From Bacteroidia bacterium (lineage in GTDB: Bacteria > Bacteroidota > Bacteroidia > UKL13-3): a DNA stretch of 56,866 bases. Made by a program: the position numbers and the translations under genes. The notes under the pieces are model-generated. The model searched no databases. It was not told where the DNA came from and saw only the letters and a program-made list of their open reading frames with translations. Location of the stretch: assembly GCA_034676125.1 (NCBI GenBank), contig JAUCCO010000004.1, positions 1-56,866 of the forward strand, in the 5' to 3' direction. Of this stretch, positions 21,105-32,900 are shown in pieces (the stretch's first letter is position 1; each line of letters begins with the position of its first letter).

Positions 21105-21140
21105 TTTAAAAACTCGTGTATCAATTAAACTTTTAATAAA

Positions 21141-21551
21141 TTAAATCATTTCCATATAGGTTTGAAGTATAAGTACGGCACTAACTTGGTCGATGTTTGA
21201 TTTGTTAGCCCTATCCTTTTTTTTCAAACCCATTTCTAATAAACTTCTTGTAGCAATTGTAGATGTAAACCTTTCATCAACCCTAACAATTTTTGTGTTT
21301 GGAAAGTTTTTTTGCAATGAGGTAACAAAAGCATTTACATGCACTGCCGATTGAGAATCGGTGCCATCTAAACGCTTAGGCAAACCCACCACAAAACAAT
21401 CTACCTCTTCTGTTACTGTATATTTTTTTAAATATGCCATTACATCTTTTGCATGGACGGTATCTAATGCGCTTGCAATAATTTTAAGCGGATCAGTTAC
21501 TGCTAACCCTACCCTTTTTGTACCATAATCAATTGCTAGTATACGCGGCAT
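21141..21551 (-). CDS. ruvX: YqgF/RuvX family nuclease (putative pre-16S rRNA nuclease)
   Basis: ILAIDYGTKRVGLA, VVGLP, DERFTS, ID..SA.LILQ. Confidence 0.93.
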   Translation of the reverse strand: MPRILAIDYGTKRVGLAVTDPLKIIASALDTVHAKDVMAYLKKYTVTEEVDCFVVGLPKRLDGTDSQSAVHVNAFVTSLQKNFPNTKIVRVDERFTSTIATRSLLEMGLKKKDRANKSNIDQVSAVLILQTYMEMI

Positions 21552-21570
21552 TGGCTATTGTTTTTTTTTA

Positions 21571-22605
21571 TTAAAAGGCTTTCCAACCTTGCGCTTTTAG
21601 GTTATGCGTATTACCACTTTTGCTAATCATTTTTATACCTTCACTTGCATCGGTTACAAAACCAATAATCGTAATATCAGGTTGATTTTTTAGCTTTTCA
21701 AAATCGGCTTGTTTGATGGTAAAAAGTAACTCGTAATCTTCGCCACCACTTAAAGCAGTCATCGTTGGATCTAAATCTAACTCACGCGCCATATCATAAG
21801 TTTGTGGGTCGATTGGAATTTTTTCTTCATACACACTCATACCCACATTTGAATGGCTACATAAATGCATAATCTCTGATGATAAACCATCACTAACATC
21901 AATCATGCTAGTTGGTTTTACACCTAAATCCTTTAATAATTTTATTACATCCTTACGGGCTTCGGGCTTCAATTGCCTTTCAATAATATAATCTTTGCCT
22001 TCCAATTCTGGCTGTATATCTGGGCTTGCTAAAAACACACGCTTTTCGCGCTCAAGCAATTGATAACCCATATAAGCACCACCCAAATCGCCACTTACGC
22101 ATAATAAATCGTGTACTTGTGCGCCATTACGATAAACCAAATCATCCTCATTGGCTTCACCCAAAGCAGTTACACTAATTATTAATCCTTGTTTTGATGC
22201 ACTTGTATCGCCACCTATTAAATCTACTTCATACCTATCGCAAGCCATTAACATTCCTGCATATAATTCTTCAACGGCCTCCAAACTAAATTTACTACTT
22301 AAACCAATTGAAACCGTAACCTGAGTAGGCTTTGCATTCATGGCATAAATATCACTTAGGTTAACCATAATGGCTTTATAACCCAAGTGTTTTAATGGAA
22401 AATAACTTAAATCAAAATGAATTCCTTCAAGCAATAAATCCGTGCTAACCACAGTGCGGTTATCAAGATGATTGATAACTGCAGCATCATCTCCAACCCC
22501 TTTTAAAGTAGATGGTTGATGTATTTTTATATGCTTGGTTAATAAATCAATTAAACCAAATTCTCCTAAACTTTCTAACTCTGTACGTGTGCTGTTTTCT
22601 AGCAT
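21571..22605 (-). CDS. thiL: Thiamine-monophosphate kinase
   Basis: GEFGLI, GVGDDAA, NLSDIYAM, GGDT, IDVSDGL, GGEDYELLFT. Confidence 0.95.
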   Translation of the reverse strand: MLENSTRTELESLGEFGLIDLLTKHIKIHQPSTLKGVGDDAAVINHLDNRTVVSTDLLLEGIHFDLSYFPLKHLGYKAIMVNLSDIYAMNAKPTQVTVSIGLSSKFSLEAVEELYAGMLMACDRYEVDLIGGDTSASKQGLIISVTALGEANEDDLVYRNGAQVHDLLCVSGDLGGAYMGYQLLEREKRVFLASPDIQPELEGKDYIIERQLKPEARKDVIKLLKDLGVKPTSMIDVSDGLSSEIMHLCSHSNVGMSVYEEKIPIDPQTYDMARELDLDPTMTALSGGEDYELLFTIKQADFEKLKNQPDITIIGFVTDASEGIKMISKSGNTHNLKAQGWKAF

Positions 22606-22628
22606 AATTTTCCCTTACAATTTTTTTC

Positions 22629-23150
22629 TTATCTAATTCTATCAGCACTTTTTATCATTTCTTCATCCTTGCGCATTAATAATAATGCACGTAAATTTAA
22701 GTAAAGCATAAAAATAATTAAGGCCAAACCAACACTTGCTTTTAAAGTCATGTTAGCAAAACTAAAATTAGGAATTTGGGTAAATGCTTTGGCTAATACT
22801 GCAGTTAAATATGCGCCAATTAGCACAAAGTTAATTTTAGTATTTAACATTTGTCGTTTGCGGTTTTTAAAACCTAAAACAATATTTAATGTCCAACCAA
22901 TAATTACCGATACTAAAATAATTAAACCAAATTGTATTTCGCTGCTAACCATAGTTCCATTAACATAATGGTTAAAATAAATAGCATTAAGCGTGTAGGC
23001 GGAAGCATGGCCAACATTGGATGTTACATCTTCAACACCGGCTGCATTACTGGGAAAACTATCTTGAAAATCGATAATTTGACCAGTACAGGTAATTAGT
23101 GCTAAAACAATAATAGCAAATAAATAAATTGATTGAATACGCTGAATCAT
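22629..23150 (-). CDS. DUF4293 family membrane protein
   Basis: MIQRIQSIYL start, FKNRKRQ, C-terminal KDEE..KSADRIR. Confidence 0.85.
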   Translation of the reverse strand: MIQRIQSIYLFAIIVLALITCTGQIIDFQDSFPSNAAGVEDVTSNVGHASAYTLNAIYFNHYVNGTMVSSEIQFGLIILVSVIIGWTLNIVLGFKNRKRQMLNTKINFVLIGAYLTAVLAKAFTQIPNFSFANMTLKASVGLALIIFMLYLNLRALLLMRKDEEMIKSADRIR

Positions 23151-23167
23151 ATATTAAAATTAAGGTG

Positions 23168-23213
23168 CAAATGTACCGCAAAATTTCAATTATCTAAAAA
23201 GTTGATACATTTG
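23168..23213. promoter_or_regulatory. Divergent pair of -7 promoter elements (DUF4293 operon / thiolase operon)
   Basis: TACATTTG on the minus strand (23175-23168) and on the plus strand (23206-23213). Confidence 0.65.
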
Positions 23214-23280
23214 CCGTAGCTTATATTTAAGTAGCCGCATACAAATGGCTACTTTACCATTACCAAAATAACTAAAAACG

Positions 23281-24480
23281 ATGAAAACTGTATATGTAAT
23301 TGATGCTTTGCGCACACCCGTAGGAAAATATGCTGGAGCGTTAAGTAACGTTCGCCCAGATGATTTGGCTGCACATATTATAAAAGCAATTATTGCGCGC
23401 AACCCACAAATAGATGTAAATGCTATTGAAGATGTAATTTTTGGTGCTGCTAATCAGGCTGGAGAAGACAATAGAAATGTGGCACGTATGGCAGCATTAA
23501 TGGCTGGATTACCCATTACAGTAGGCGGAAATACGGTAAACAGACTTTGCGCTTCGGGCTTACAGGCTATTGCAGATGCAAGCAGAAGTATTATTGCAGG
23601 TGATGGTGATATATATATTGCTGGTGGAGTAGAAAGTATGACACGCGCACCGTTTGTGATGCTAAAATCAGAAACTGCTTATGGACGAGTACCTGAAATG
23701 GCCGATACAACCATAGGCTGGCGATTTACAAATAAAACTTTGGCAAAAATGTATCATCCGTATAGTATGGGCGAAACTGCCGAAAATGTTGCCGAACGTT
23801 GGAATATTAGTCGTGAAGAACAAGATGCTTTTGCCGCTTCATCACAACAAAAATATGCTGATGCACATGCTGCAAATCGTTTTGCTGAAGAGCTTTCGCC
23901 AGTGAGTATTCCGCAAAAAAAAGGTGATCCCATTATATTTTCAAAAGATGAACATCCTCGTTTAAGTAGTTTACAAGATTTAGCAAATTTAAAACCCGCA
24001 TTTAAAAAAGAAGGTGGAACGGTAACCGCAGGTAATGCAAGTGGAGTAAATGATGGCGCTGCAGCATTGATTTTAGCTAGCGAAGAAGCAGTGAAAAAAT
24101 ATAATTTAAAGCCAATAGCTCGAGTTGTTTCAAGGGGTATAGCTGGTGTTGACCCTGCAATTATGGGCATTGGACCAGTACCAGCAACCCAAAAAGCTGT
24201 ACAACGTGCTGGTTTAAAAATGAGCGATATTGGTTTGTTTGAATTAAATGAAGCTTTTGCATCACAAAGCATTGCATGTATTCGCGATTTAGGTATTGAT
24301 GCAGCTATTGTAAACGTAAATGGAGGATCTATTGCAATTGGTCATCCATTGGGCGCAAGTGGTGCACGTATTGCTACTACCCTAATTCATGAAATGCAAA
24401 AACGCAATGTACAATATGGTGTTGCTACCATGTGTATTGGTGTTGGGCAAGGTGCAGCAATAGTTTTCGAAAAACTATAA
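23281..24480 (+). CDS. Acetyl-CoA C-acyltransferase (thiolase, PcaF/PaaJ-like)
   Basis: NRLCASG, NEAFASQ, GHPLGASG, MCIGVGQG. Confidence 0.93.
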   Translation: MKTVYVIDALRTPVGKYAGALSNVRPDDLAAHIIKAIIARNPQIDVNAIEDVIFGAANQAGEDNRNVARMAALMAGLPITVGGNTVNRLCASGLQAIADASRSIIAGDGDIYIAGGVESMTRAPFVMLKSETAYGRVPEMADTTIGWRFTNKTLAKMYHPYSMGETAENVAERWNISREEQDAFAASSQQKYADAHAANRFAEELSPVSIPQKKGDPIIFSKDEHPRLSSLQDLANLKPAFKKEGGTVTAGNASGVNDGAAALILASEEAVKKYNLKPIARVVSRGIAGVDPAIMGIGPVPATQKAVQRAGLKMSDIGLFELNEAFASQSIACIRDLGIDAAIVNVNGGSIAIGHPLGASGARIATTLIHEMQKRNVQYGVATMCIGVGQGAAIVFEKL

Positions 24481-24485
24481 CATTT

Positions 24486-25223
24486 ATGCGTTACCTTATT
24501 CAGTTGGCGTATAAAGGCACGCATTACCATGGTTGGCAAAAACAACCAAATGTAATAAGTGTACAAGAAGTGCTTGACCAAAAGTTGAGCATGTTGTTAC
24601 GCGAAAATATTGAAAGTTTAGGTTGTGGAAGAACTGATTCAGGCGTGCATGCCAAAGATTTTTATGCCCATTTTGATTCTTTTAATGTAATTGATGAAAG
24701 CACTTTTATCAAAAAAATAAACAGTGTTTTACCCAATGATATTGCGGTGTTTTCTATAAAACTAGTAAGCAATGATTTTAACGCACGTTTTGATGCCGAA
24801 TGGCGCGAGTACGAATATTGGATTATACAAACACCAAACCCATTTTTGGTTGAAGAAAGTTGGTACCAATTTGGTGTATTAGATATTGATACCATGAACC
24901 AAGCAGCCAACTTATTAATAGGCCAAAAAGATTTTGAATGTTTTAGCAAAGTACAAACACAGGTTAATAATTTTATATGCAATGTAACTTATGCAAAGTG
25001 GGAGTTACAAAACGATAAGCTCGTTTTTACCATAAGGGCAAATAGATTTTTACGCAATATGGTGCGAGCTATAGTTGGCACATTGGTAAATGTAGGCAGA
25101 GGTAAAATGACCATTGCAGATGTTGAAACAATATTAGCTAGCAAAAACAGAAGCGAAGCAGGACAAAGTGTACCCGCCCAAGGTTTGTTTTTAACTAAAG
25201 TAGTATACCCACAAAACCCGTAA
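24486..25223 (+). CDS. truA: tRNA pseudouridine(38-40) synthase
   Basis: AYKGT.YHGWQ.Q, GRTDSGVHA, FNARF, FLRNMVR. Start at ATG 24486. Confidence 0.95.
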   Translation: MRYLIQLAYKGTHYHGWQKQPNVISVQEVLDQKLSMLLRENIESLGCGRTDSGVHAKDFYAHFDSFNVIDESTFIKKINSVLPNDIAVFSIKLVSNDFNARFDAEWREYEYWIIQTPNPFLVEESWYQFGVLDIDTMNQAANLLIGQKDFECFSKVQTQVNNFICNVTYAKWELQNDKLVFTIRANRFLRNMVRAIVGTLVNVGRGKMTIADVETILASKNRSEAGQSVPAQGLFLTKVVYPQNP

Positions 25224-25273
25224 TCAAATACTATACTATTAGGCTTTTTTGCTACCTTGCGCATTGATTTACT

Positions 25274-27049
25274 ATGCTAAATACAAACACATCAACACCT
25301 AATAACATAACAGCAAAAGCTTCCAATAAATTATTACTTAAACGTATTTATGCATTAGCTAAACCTTACAAATTAAAACTATTTGCAGCAATAGTATTAA
25401 CACTGTGCATGTCGTTTTTAGGACCATTAAGGCCATTTGTAATACAATATACCATTGATAATTTTATAGCAACCAATAACCTAACAGGCTTAATAAACAT
25501 GAGTTTGTTACTGTTGGTAATGTTAACCACGCAAGCTGGTATGCAAGTAGTAAGTACCATTTTAACAAACTACTTAGCGCAAAATGTAATTAAAGACTTG
25601 CGCATGAAAGTGTATGATTACCTAACAGGTTTACGCTTGCTTTTTTACGACAAAACACCCATTGGTACAATGGTAACGCGCACTGTAAATGATATTGAAA
25701 CCATTGCAGATGTTTTTAGCGAAGGATTAATTAATATTTCGGGTGATATTTTACAGATTATTTTTATACTCATATTTATGTTTAGTACCAATTGGCAGTT
25801 ATCGCTTGTAAGCTTATCGGTATTGCCATTTTTACTATATGCAGGTTATGTTTTTAAAGAAAAAGTTCGCCAAAGTTTTGAAGATGTTAGAACCCAAGTG
25901 GCACGCTTAAATACTTTTGTACAAGAGCATATTATGGGGATGCATATTGTGCAAATTTTTAATAGAGAACAAAAAGAATTTAGTAAGTTTAAACACATTA
26001 ATGCCCAACACCGAGATGCAAATATTAAATCGGTAATGTATTATTCGGTATTTTTTCCGGTGGTTGAAATTATAGCAGCCTTATCAACCGCATTAATTGT
26101 TTGGTATGGTGCAAAAGGCGTAATTCAAGACCAAACATCAATAGGTACTATTACTGCATTTATTATGTACATTAATATGTTTTTTAGACCCATTAGGCAA
26201 TTGGCTGATAGGTTTAATACCATGCAAATGGGGATGGTAGCAGCAGATAGAATTTTTAAACTGATAGATAACAAACAAAATATAGAACCTAATGGAGAAG
26301 TAAAACTAAATAACCTGGAGGGCAATATAGCGTTTAAGCAAGTTTACTTTGGATATTACCCAAATCAATATGTTTTAAAAGATATTAATATTACTTTACA
26401 CAAAGGTAAAACAGTTGCATTAATTGGAGCCACAGGTGCGGGCAAATCATCTATCATAAATTTATTAAGTAGATTTTACGAAATAGAAAAAGGAGAAATT
26501 TTGATTGATGGCCATGATTTAAATACCCTTGATTTAAAATACCTGCGCAAACAAATTGCAGTAGTATTACAAGATGTATTTTTATTTAGTGGTAGTGTAA
26601 TGGACAACATTAAATTAAACAATGATGATATAACAGACGAAACGGTAATTGCCACATCAAAATTATTGGGTGCACACGATTTTATTGCTAAATTGCCGCA
26701 AGGTTACAATCAAAATATTCAAGAAAGAGGTGCTAGTTTATCTGTTGGCCAGCGGCAATTAATTTCGTTTGTTAGGGCAATGGTTACAAATCCTACTGTA
26801 TTAATATTGGATGAAGCAACCTCATCCGTTGATAACGAAACAGAAGATATTATTCAAAAAGCTATTGAAATAATGATGAAAGGAAGAACATCAATTGTAA
26901 TTGCGCATCGCCTATCAACCATACAACATGCCGATGAAATTATTGTGCTTGATAAAGGGATGATTGTTGAAAGAGGTTCGCACAGAGCATTGTTGAATAT
27001 AGATGGTTATTACAAAAAACTTTATGAACTACAATTTATTACAACCTAA
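25274..27049 (+). CDS. ABC exporter (fused permease/ATPase, MsbA/MdlB-like)
   Basis: N-terminal TM domain, GATGAGKS, LSVGQRQ, ILDEATS, IAHRLSTI. Confidence 0.93.
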   Translation: MLNTNTSTPNNITAKASNKLLLKRIYALAKPYKLKLFAAIVLTLCMSFLGPLRPFVIQYTIDNFIATNNLTGLINMSLLLLVMLTTQAGMQVVSTILTNYLAQNVIKDLRMKVYDYLTGLRLLFYDKTPIGTMVTRTVNDIETIADVFSEGLINISGDILQIIFILIFMFSTNWQLSLVSLSVLPFLLYAGYVFKEKVRQSFEDVRTQVARLNTFVQEHIMGMHIVQIFNREQKEFSKFKHINAQHRDANIKSVMYYSVFFPVVEIIAALSTALIVWYGAKGVIQDQTSIGTITAFIMYINMFFRPIRQLADRFNTMQMGMVAADRIFKLIDNKQNIEPNGEVKLNNLEGNIAFKQVYFGYYPNQYVLKDINITLHKGKTVALIGATGAGKSSIINLLSRFYEIEKGEILIDGHDLNTLDLKYLRKQIAVVLQDVFLFSGSVMDNIKLNNDDITDETVIATSKLLGAHDFIAKLPQGYNQNIQERGASLSVGQRQLISFVRAMVTNPTVLILDEATSSVDNETEDIIQKAIEIMMKGRTSIVIAHRLSTIQHADEIIVLDKGMIVERGSHRALLNIDGYYKKLYELQFITT

Positions 27050-28340
27050 GGTTACCAAAATATTTTATTTAGCTTGTTGTTGGTTAGTGTTGAGCAATAC
27101 GGTTTATGCTCAAAAACAACCTACAATTGATAGCTTATTGCTACAAATTAAAGTAACCAGAGATACTGCATTAGTTGATTTATATAACGAATTGGCATAT
27201 GAATACAGGAGTGTTGATGTAGCTAAAACATTAGTGTATACTGATAGTGCGATTGCCAAAGCTAAAAAAATAGACTATACCCGCGGGTTAGGCAATGCCT
27301 ATAACAATAGAGGCAATTACTATAAAAACATTGGTGATAATGCACAAGCTAGGGCATGTTATGTATGGGCATATGTGCAACACGAAAAAATAGGAGATAA
27401 AAAAGGATTATCGGCTACCATTAATAGCATCGCTAGCTTATATTTTTTGCAAGGAAAACTAACTTTAGCATTATCTAGTTTTATAAAATCGCTTACGCTA
27501 TCTCGTCAAATAAACGACAGACGAGGAGAAGCAATAACCCTAAATAATATTGGTGTTATTAATCAAGAACAAAAAAACTACAGTAAGGCATTAGAGTATT
27601 ACGAACAATCTTACCATACCTTTAAAGAGATTGGTGATATAAAACTAATGCCCGACCCTTTAAATAATATTGGTAATATTTACCATATACTTGGCATATC
27701 AGAAGATGCACTTAGGTATTACAACCAAGCAATGGCAACCTATATAAATTTGGGAGATGCCAAAGGCCAATCGTCAACCATGACTAATATTGGACTTATT
27801 TATTATGAAAACAAAGACTATAAAACTGCCCTTAAATATTACCACAAATCAATTAGTATTGATGAAAAACTAAACGACAAGCAAGCACAAACCATTACGT
27901 GGAACAATATTGCTTACTGCTATTTTAATTTAAAGATGCTTTTTGCTGCAAAAAATTATGCAGAGCGCGCATTAAAATCAGGAATTGAGCAAGATGACAA
28001 AATAGACATGGTAAACTCGTACGAATTATTAGCAAAAATTGAAGACGAGTTGGGCAACTACAAACAAGCATTGGCTTATTACAAACTATATACAACCAAT
28101 AGCGATAGTTTATATAGCGAAGAAACCCGTCAGAAACTAGAAGATATAGAAGCACACTACGAAGCTGAAAAATCAGAAAACGAAAGACTAATTAAGGCAT
28201 TAGGAAAGGATAACGACACTGAAGTAGCCATAGATGATATAGAAGAAGGCATTAATAGAAATGTACAAACCATAGCATTGGTGCTTATTTCTTTTGTATT
28301 GGTAATGTTTGGAATTGTGTACTTATCAAAAAGAAAGTAA
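27024..28340 (+). CDS. Periplasmic tetratricopeptide-repeat protein with C-terminal membrane anchor
   Basis: Signal peptide (VYA-Q), repeated NNIG.IY...Y..AL.YY TPRs, C-terminal hydrophobic helix ending in KRK. Start at 27003 or 27024. Confidence 0.8.
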   Translation: MNYNLLQPKVTKIFYLACCWLVLSNTVYAQKQPTIDSLLLQIKVTRDTALVDLYNELAYEYRSVDVAKTLVYTDSAIAKAKKIDYTRGLGNAYNNRGNYYKNIGDNAQARACYVWAYVQHEKIGDKKGLSATINSIASLYFLQGKLTLALSSFIKSLTLSRQINDRRGEAITLNNIGVINQEQKNYSKALEYYEQSYHTFKEIGDIKLMPDPLNNIGNIYHILGISEDALRYYNQAMATYINLGDAKGQSSTMTNIGLIYYENKDYKTALKYYHKSISIDEKLNDKQAQTITWNNIAYCYFNLKMLFAAKNYAERALKSGIEQDDKIDMVNSYELLAKIEDELGNYKQALAYYKLYTTNSDSLYSEETRQKLEDIEAHYEAEKSENERLIKALGKDNDTEVAIDDIEEGINRNVQTIALVLISFVLVMFGIVYLSKRK

Positions 28341-28443
28341 TACCTTAAAAACCAATAAAGTAAATATCATAATGGTTTTTGGTGAAAAAAACGCATATTT
28401 GCGCCTCGTTTAATACATAAATAATAACAGTTTAAAATATAAT

Positions 28444-29328
28444 ATGGCAGTTTTAGTCGACAAAAATTCAAGAGTTATTGTGCAAGGCTTTACAGGTAGC
28501 GAAGGCACATTTCATGCGCAACAAATGATTGAGTATGGCACAAACGTGGTTGGAGGAGTAACACCTGGTAAAGGTGGTCAAGTTCATCTAGATCGCCCTG
28601 TGTTTAATACAGTTAAAGATGCTGTAGACCAAGCTCAAGCAAATACTTCAATTATTTTTGTACCACCAGCATTTGCTGCTGATGCAATTATGGAAGCAGC
28701 TGAAGCAGGTATTAAAGTAATTATTTGTATTACTGAAGGTATTCCTGTAAAAGATATGATACCCGTTAAAGAATATATTAATGGTAAAGATTGCCGCTTA
28801 ATTGGTCCTAATTGCCCGGGTGTAATTACTCCAGGACAAGCTAAAGTTGGTATTATGCCAGGTTTTGTATTTAAAACAGGCAAGATAGGTATTGTATCAA
28901 AATCTGGTACTTTAACTTACGAAGCAGCCGACCAAGTTGTAAAAGCTGGTTTAGGAATTTCTACAGCTATTGGTATTGGTGGCGACCCAATTATTGGAAC
29001 ACCTACAAAAGATGCAGTTGAAATGTTGATGAACGACCCTGATACCGATGCAATTATTATGATTGGTGAGATTGGTGGTAGTTACGAAGCTGATGCTGCA
29101 CGTTGGATTAAAGCTAACGGTAACAAAAAGCCAGTTGTAGGATTTATTGCTGGACAAACAGCGCCTCCAGGCCGTAGAATGGGTCATGCTGGTGCAATTG
29201 TTGGTGGACATGATGATACCGCAGCTGCAAAAATGGCAATTATGCGCGAGTGTGGTTTACATGTTGTAGAATCACCTGCAGAAATTGGTGCTAAAATGGT
29301 AGAAGCTTTAGGACTAAAATCAAACTAA
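28444..29328 (+). CDS. sucD: Succinyl-CoA synthetase alpha subunit
   Basis: QGFTG, GPNCPG, SGTLTYE, MGHAGAI. Confidence 0.97.
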   Translation: MAVLVDKNSRVIVQGFTGSEGTFHAQQMIEYGTNVVGGVTPGKGGQVHLDRPVFNTVKDAVDQAQANTSIIFVPPAFAADAIMEAAEAGIKVIICITEGIPVKDMIPVKEYINGKDCRLIGPNCPGVITPGQAKVGIMPGFVFKTGKIGIVSKSGTLTYEAADQVVKAGLGISTAIGIGGDPIIGTPTKDAVEMLMNDPDTDAIIMIGEIGGSYEADAARWIKANGNKKPVVGFIAGQTAPPGRRMGHAGAIVGGHDDTAAAKMAIMRECGLHVVESPAEIGAKMVEALGLKSN

Positions 29329-29360
29329 CATTTAGTTTAAATAATATTTAAATACTTTTT

Positions 29361-29391
29361 AAAAAGCTCGAGCAATTGCTTGGGCTTTTTT
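29361..29391 (+). terminator. Intrinsic terminator after sucD
   Basis: AAAAAGCTCGAGC-AATT-GCTTGGGCTTTTTT. Confidence 0.8.
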
Positions 29392-29445
29392 ATTGGGTTA
29401 ATATCTCAATTTTAATCATACCAAAACCATAACTTTGCAATTACC

Positions 29446-29904
29446 ATGGAGGAAATACTCGCTAAATATATTACCGTAATACTTACAAGTTCATTTAAAT
29501 ATATAGTAGGTATATCATCTGCAATAGGATTAAAATTAAACTTTATTGAAACCATGCTGTGCAGTGTTTTAGGTGGTATGTTAGGTGTAATAGTTTATCT
29601 ATACTTATGGAATGGCATACTGTTTTTATTCCACAAAATTTGGCCACCAAAACCTAAACTTCATAAGCCAGTTGGCAAGCACCGCAGAAAGCTTTTAAAG
29701 TTTATTATTAAGTACGAAATAGTAGGTATAGCCATACTTACTCCAATATTATTATCAGTACCCGTTGGTACCATTTTAGCTGCCACTTTCGAACCAAATA
29801 AGTGGAAAATAAAACTTTACATGTTTATTAGTTTTGCTGCTTGGTCGCTTATTGCCTATGCCTCATTTGTTGTTTATGGAATAATAATAGAATCCATGCT
29901 GTAA
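29446..29904 (+). CDS. Hypothetical small membrane protein
   Basis: Several hydrophobic segments, GIAILTPILLSVPVG motif, TAACTTTG -7 element at 29430-29437. Confidence 0.7.
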   Translation: MEEILAKYITVILTSSFKYIVGISSAIGLKLNFIETMLCSVLGGMLGVIVYLYLWNGILFLFHKIWPPKPKLHKPVGKHRRKLLKFIIKYEIVGIAILTPILLSVPVGTILAATFEPNKWKIKLYMFISFAAWSLIAYASFVVYGIIIESML

Positions 29905-29966
29905 TATACGCCAATTAACGTATTGACTGCCTAGTGATTTTGTAGCAATTTTGAAATAAAAATGTT

Positions 29967-32900
29967 ATGAAAAAACTATTACTCTTTTTTGTGCTTGCAT
30001 TTGCTTTTAAATTAAGTACAAACGCACAGTGGATGAAATTTAGTGCTCCACAAAACCAAGGTACTTTTGTTAAAGTGCAGTGTGTAACAAATAATGTAAT
30101 TTATACCGGAGGTGGATATGACAACAGGTTGTATAAATCTGTTGATGGTGGTTATACGTGGGCCTATACAATTGGATCTTTACAGTCAGGATATCCAAAT
30201 TCATTCTATTTTTTATCACCCGATACTGGATTTGTAGTGTGTGATAAAGGTTACATTTATAAAACAACAAATGGTGGACAATCATTTGCACTCATCACCA
30301 GACCATACCAACATTATAAAGATGTAGTTTTTGTAAACCAAAATGTTGGTTTTATTGTGGGTAATGGTCGTGTAAATGTTCAGCCAGCTGATACTGCTTT
30401 TATTTTAAAAACAATTGATGGTGGAAATACATGGAGCTACTATAATTTAGGTCATGTTAGTAATATGGTTTCTTTATCATTCTCTGATGCTATGCACGGG
30501 TGTGCAGTTGGCGCTAGTGGCAAAGTAGCAGTAACCAATGATGGTGGAAATACGTGGGTTACAAAAGCAACAGGCGTTACAAATTCATTTAATGATGTTT
30601 CAATGGTTTCAGCAAACGTTATTTATGCTGCAGGATCGAGCGTTTTTAAACAGTCTGTAGATGGTGGAAATACTTGGACCGATGTAAGTACTGGCCAAAG
30701 CCCTAGCACATATTATAATGGCATGTATTTTATTGATTCGGCTAATGCGCATATTGCTTTTGCAAGCGGTTTAGTTTCAAAAATAAACTCCGTTTGGCAA
30801 CCAAGAGTTTCTAGTATTAACACCACTTTAAGAGATGTTCATTTTTTAAATGCCAATACTGGTTTTGCAACTGGTAACGATGGTGAGATATATAAATATG
30901 TAGGCAATACACCCATTATATCAATTTCTAATCCTACTAGTGGAAAAGTGCTATTTAATAACGCTGCATTTAACATTACTTGGTCTAGCAATGCAATAGA
31001 TACAATAAGTATAGAATACCGCGTTTCTCCAACTGCTAACTGGCAAACCATTGTTGCAAAGCAGGCAGCAAATACAAATAGCTACAGTTGGAATGTGCCA
31101 AATATTGAAACTACAACAGCATCTTTTAGAATTACTGATGTAGCTAACAATACACATACCTCAAAAACTAATGATAATATAACCTTTACATTAGAAAGAA
31201 ATGTAGAATTAACTGCTCCAGTTAAATACGGTACAACCCATGTGATGGCCTCAAAAATTGTGATTGGATGGAACACCATAAATATTGACACTTTAAAACT
31301 ACAATATAGATTAAGCAAAAATGCTGCTTGGTTATTAATAGCCGATAATGTTTTAGCATCAACCAAAAGCTATTTGTTTACCATACCGAATACAACTACT
31401 TCAAATTTTGAAGTAAAGGTTACTGCAAAAAACTATTCGAATTATGCTGATTCAACTGGAATTGGCACAATAAGAGAAAAGGCAATTAATACAGCACATC
31501 CTATTTGGTCGCTTCAAAATCCAAAACCTTTTTTAGGAAGTTTAACAGATGCACAGATTATAAGTGGTGACACTTTATACGCACTTGCCAATCCTAATTT
31601 ATTGGTAACATCATCAAACAAAGGTGTTACTTGGACAATATTAAGTGAATTGCCATTAGATGGTGAGATATTAAAATCATTCCAATTTTTTAACTCGCAA
31701 TTAGGTTACATAATAGTGGGCAATGAGAATATTAGCCGTGTTTTAAAAACCACCAATGCAGGAACAAGTTGGACTGTGGTAAACGAATCTTTACCAGGTT
31801 TAATAACCGGTATTCAGTTTTTAAGCACCACAGATATTGGATGGGTATATGGCGGAAGCTACCAAAGTAGTAGTATCTATTATACTGCAAATGGCGGGAT
31901 TAGCTTTACCCAACAAACAGTTAATGTTAATAAAACCATAAAAGATTTATTTGTGATAAATAGTACAACAGCTTGGTTAGTTAGCGAAGATGGATCTTTG
32001 TGCAATACTACAAATAGTGGTAGCACTTGGAGTACTAAAACGCAGATAACTTACCCCTTAAATGATTTACATTTTATTGGCAGCACTGGTTGGGCAGCTG
32101 GTGGAGATTATAGTAACGGCAGGATACTTAAAACAATTGACAATGGTGCCACTTGGACAACAATAAGTATAACTGGTGGTGGTATTGATGGCATAGCAAT
32201 GAAAGATGCAAACACTGGATATGCAATTAGTGGTTATGGCAGCTCAAGTACTTTTTTCAAAAAAACTACTGATGGTTGGGCAACATCTACCAACATGAAT
32301 GTTTATAATAGCAACAATGGATTTATGCCTTTTGCAAACACGATTTTAATATTACCTAATGATGTTGGTATTGCATTTAAAAAAGAAAGTTACAATACCA
32401 ATCCTGCTTTTTCATTTGTTATAAGTGGTGTAGATGTAACATCGTGGAAAAATATAAGTAACGAAGTATTAAAAGATAACGGTATTACATTATATGGCTC
32501 AACTGGTGGAATAAGTATGATTGACTCAACTACTGGTTATGCATTTGGATCGTATTTATTAAAAACTACCAATGGCGGTAACGATTGGAACATTGCAAGT
32601 AAAACAGACTATTTTAGCAGCACATCGCACATGCAATTTATTGGAAAAGACACTGGTTTTTTATGCGGTACTAAAAATAATATTAGCGGAATTTACAGAA
32701 CTACAAATGGTGGAACTTCATGGAGCATGGTAAAAGGCACAGGAAATACCGCTCCTTTTAGAATACACCTTACCGATAAATTAAACGGCTTTGCTTTGGC
32801 TGGTTCTTCAGATTCTATTTATAAAACAACTGATGGCGGATTAACATGGAGTGGCCTTTCTAGACCAAGCTCTACCAATCAAGGTATTTATTTTATTGAT

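Noticed and set aside
28444-29328. sucD without adjacent sucC
   Set aside because: Separation of sucC and sucD is common in Bacteroidota.
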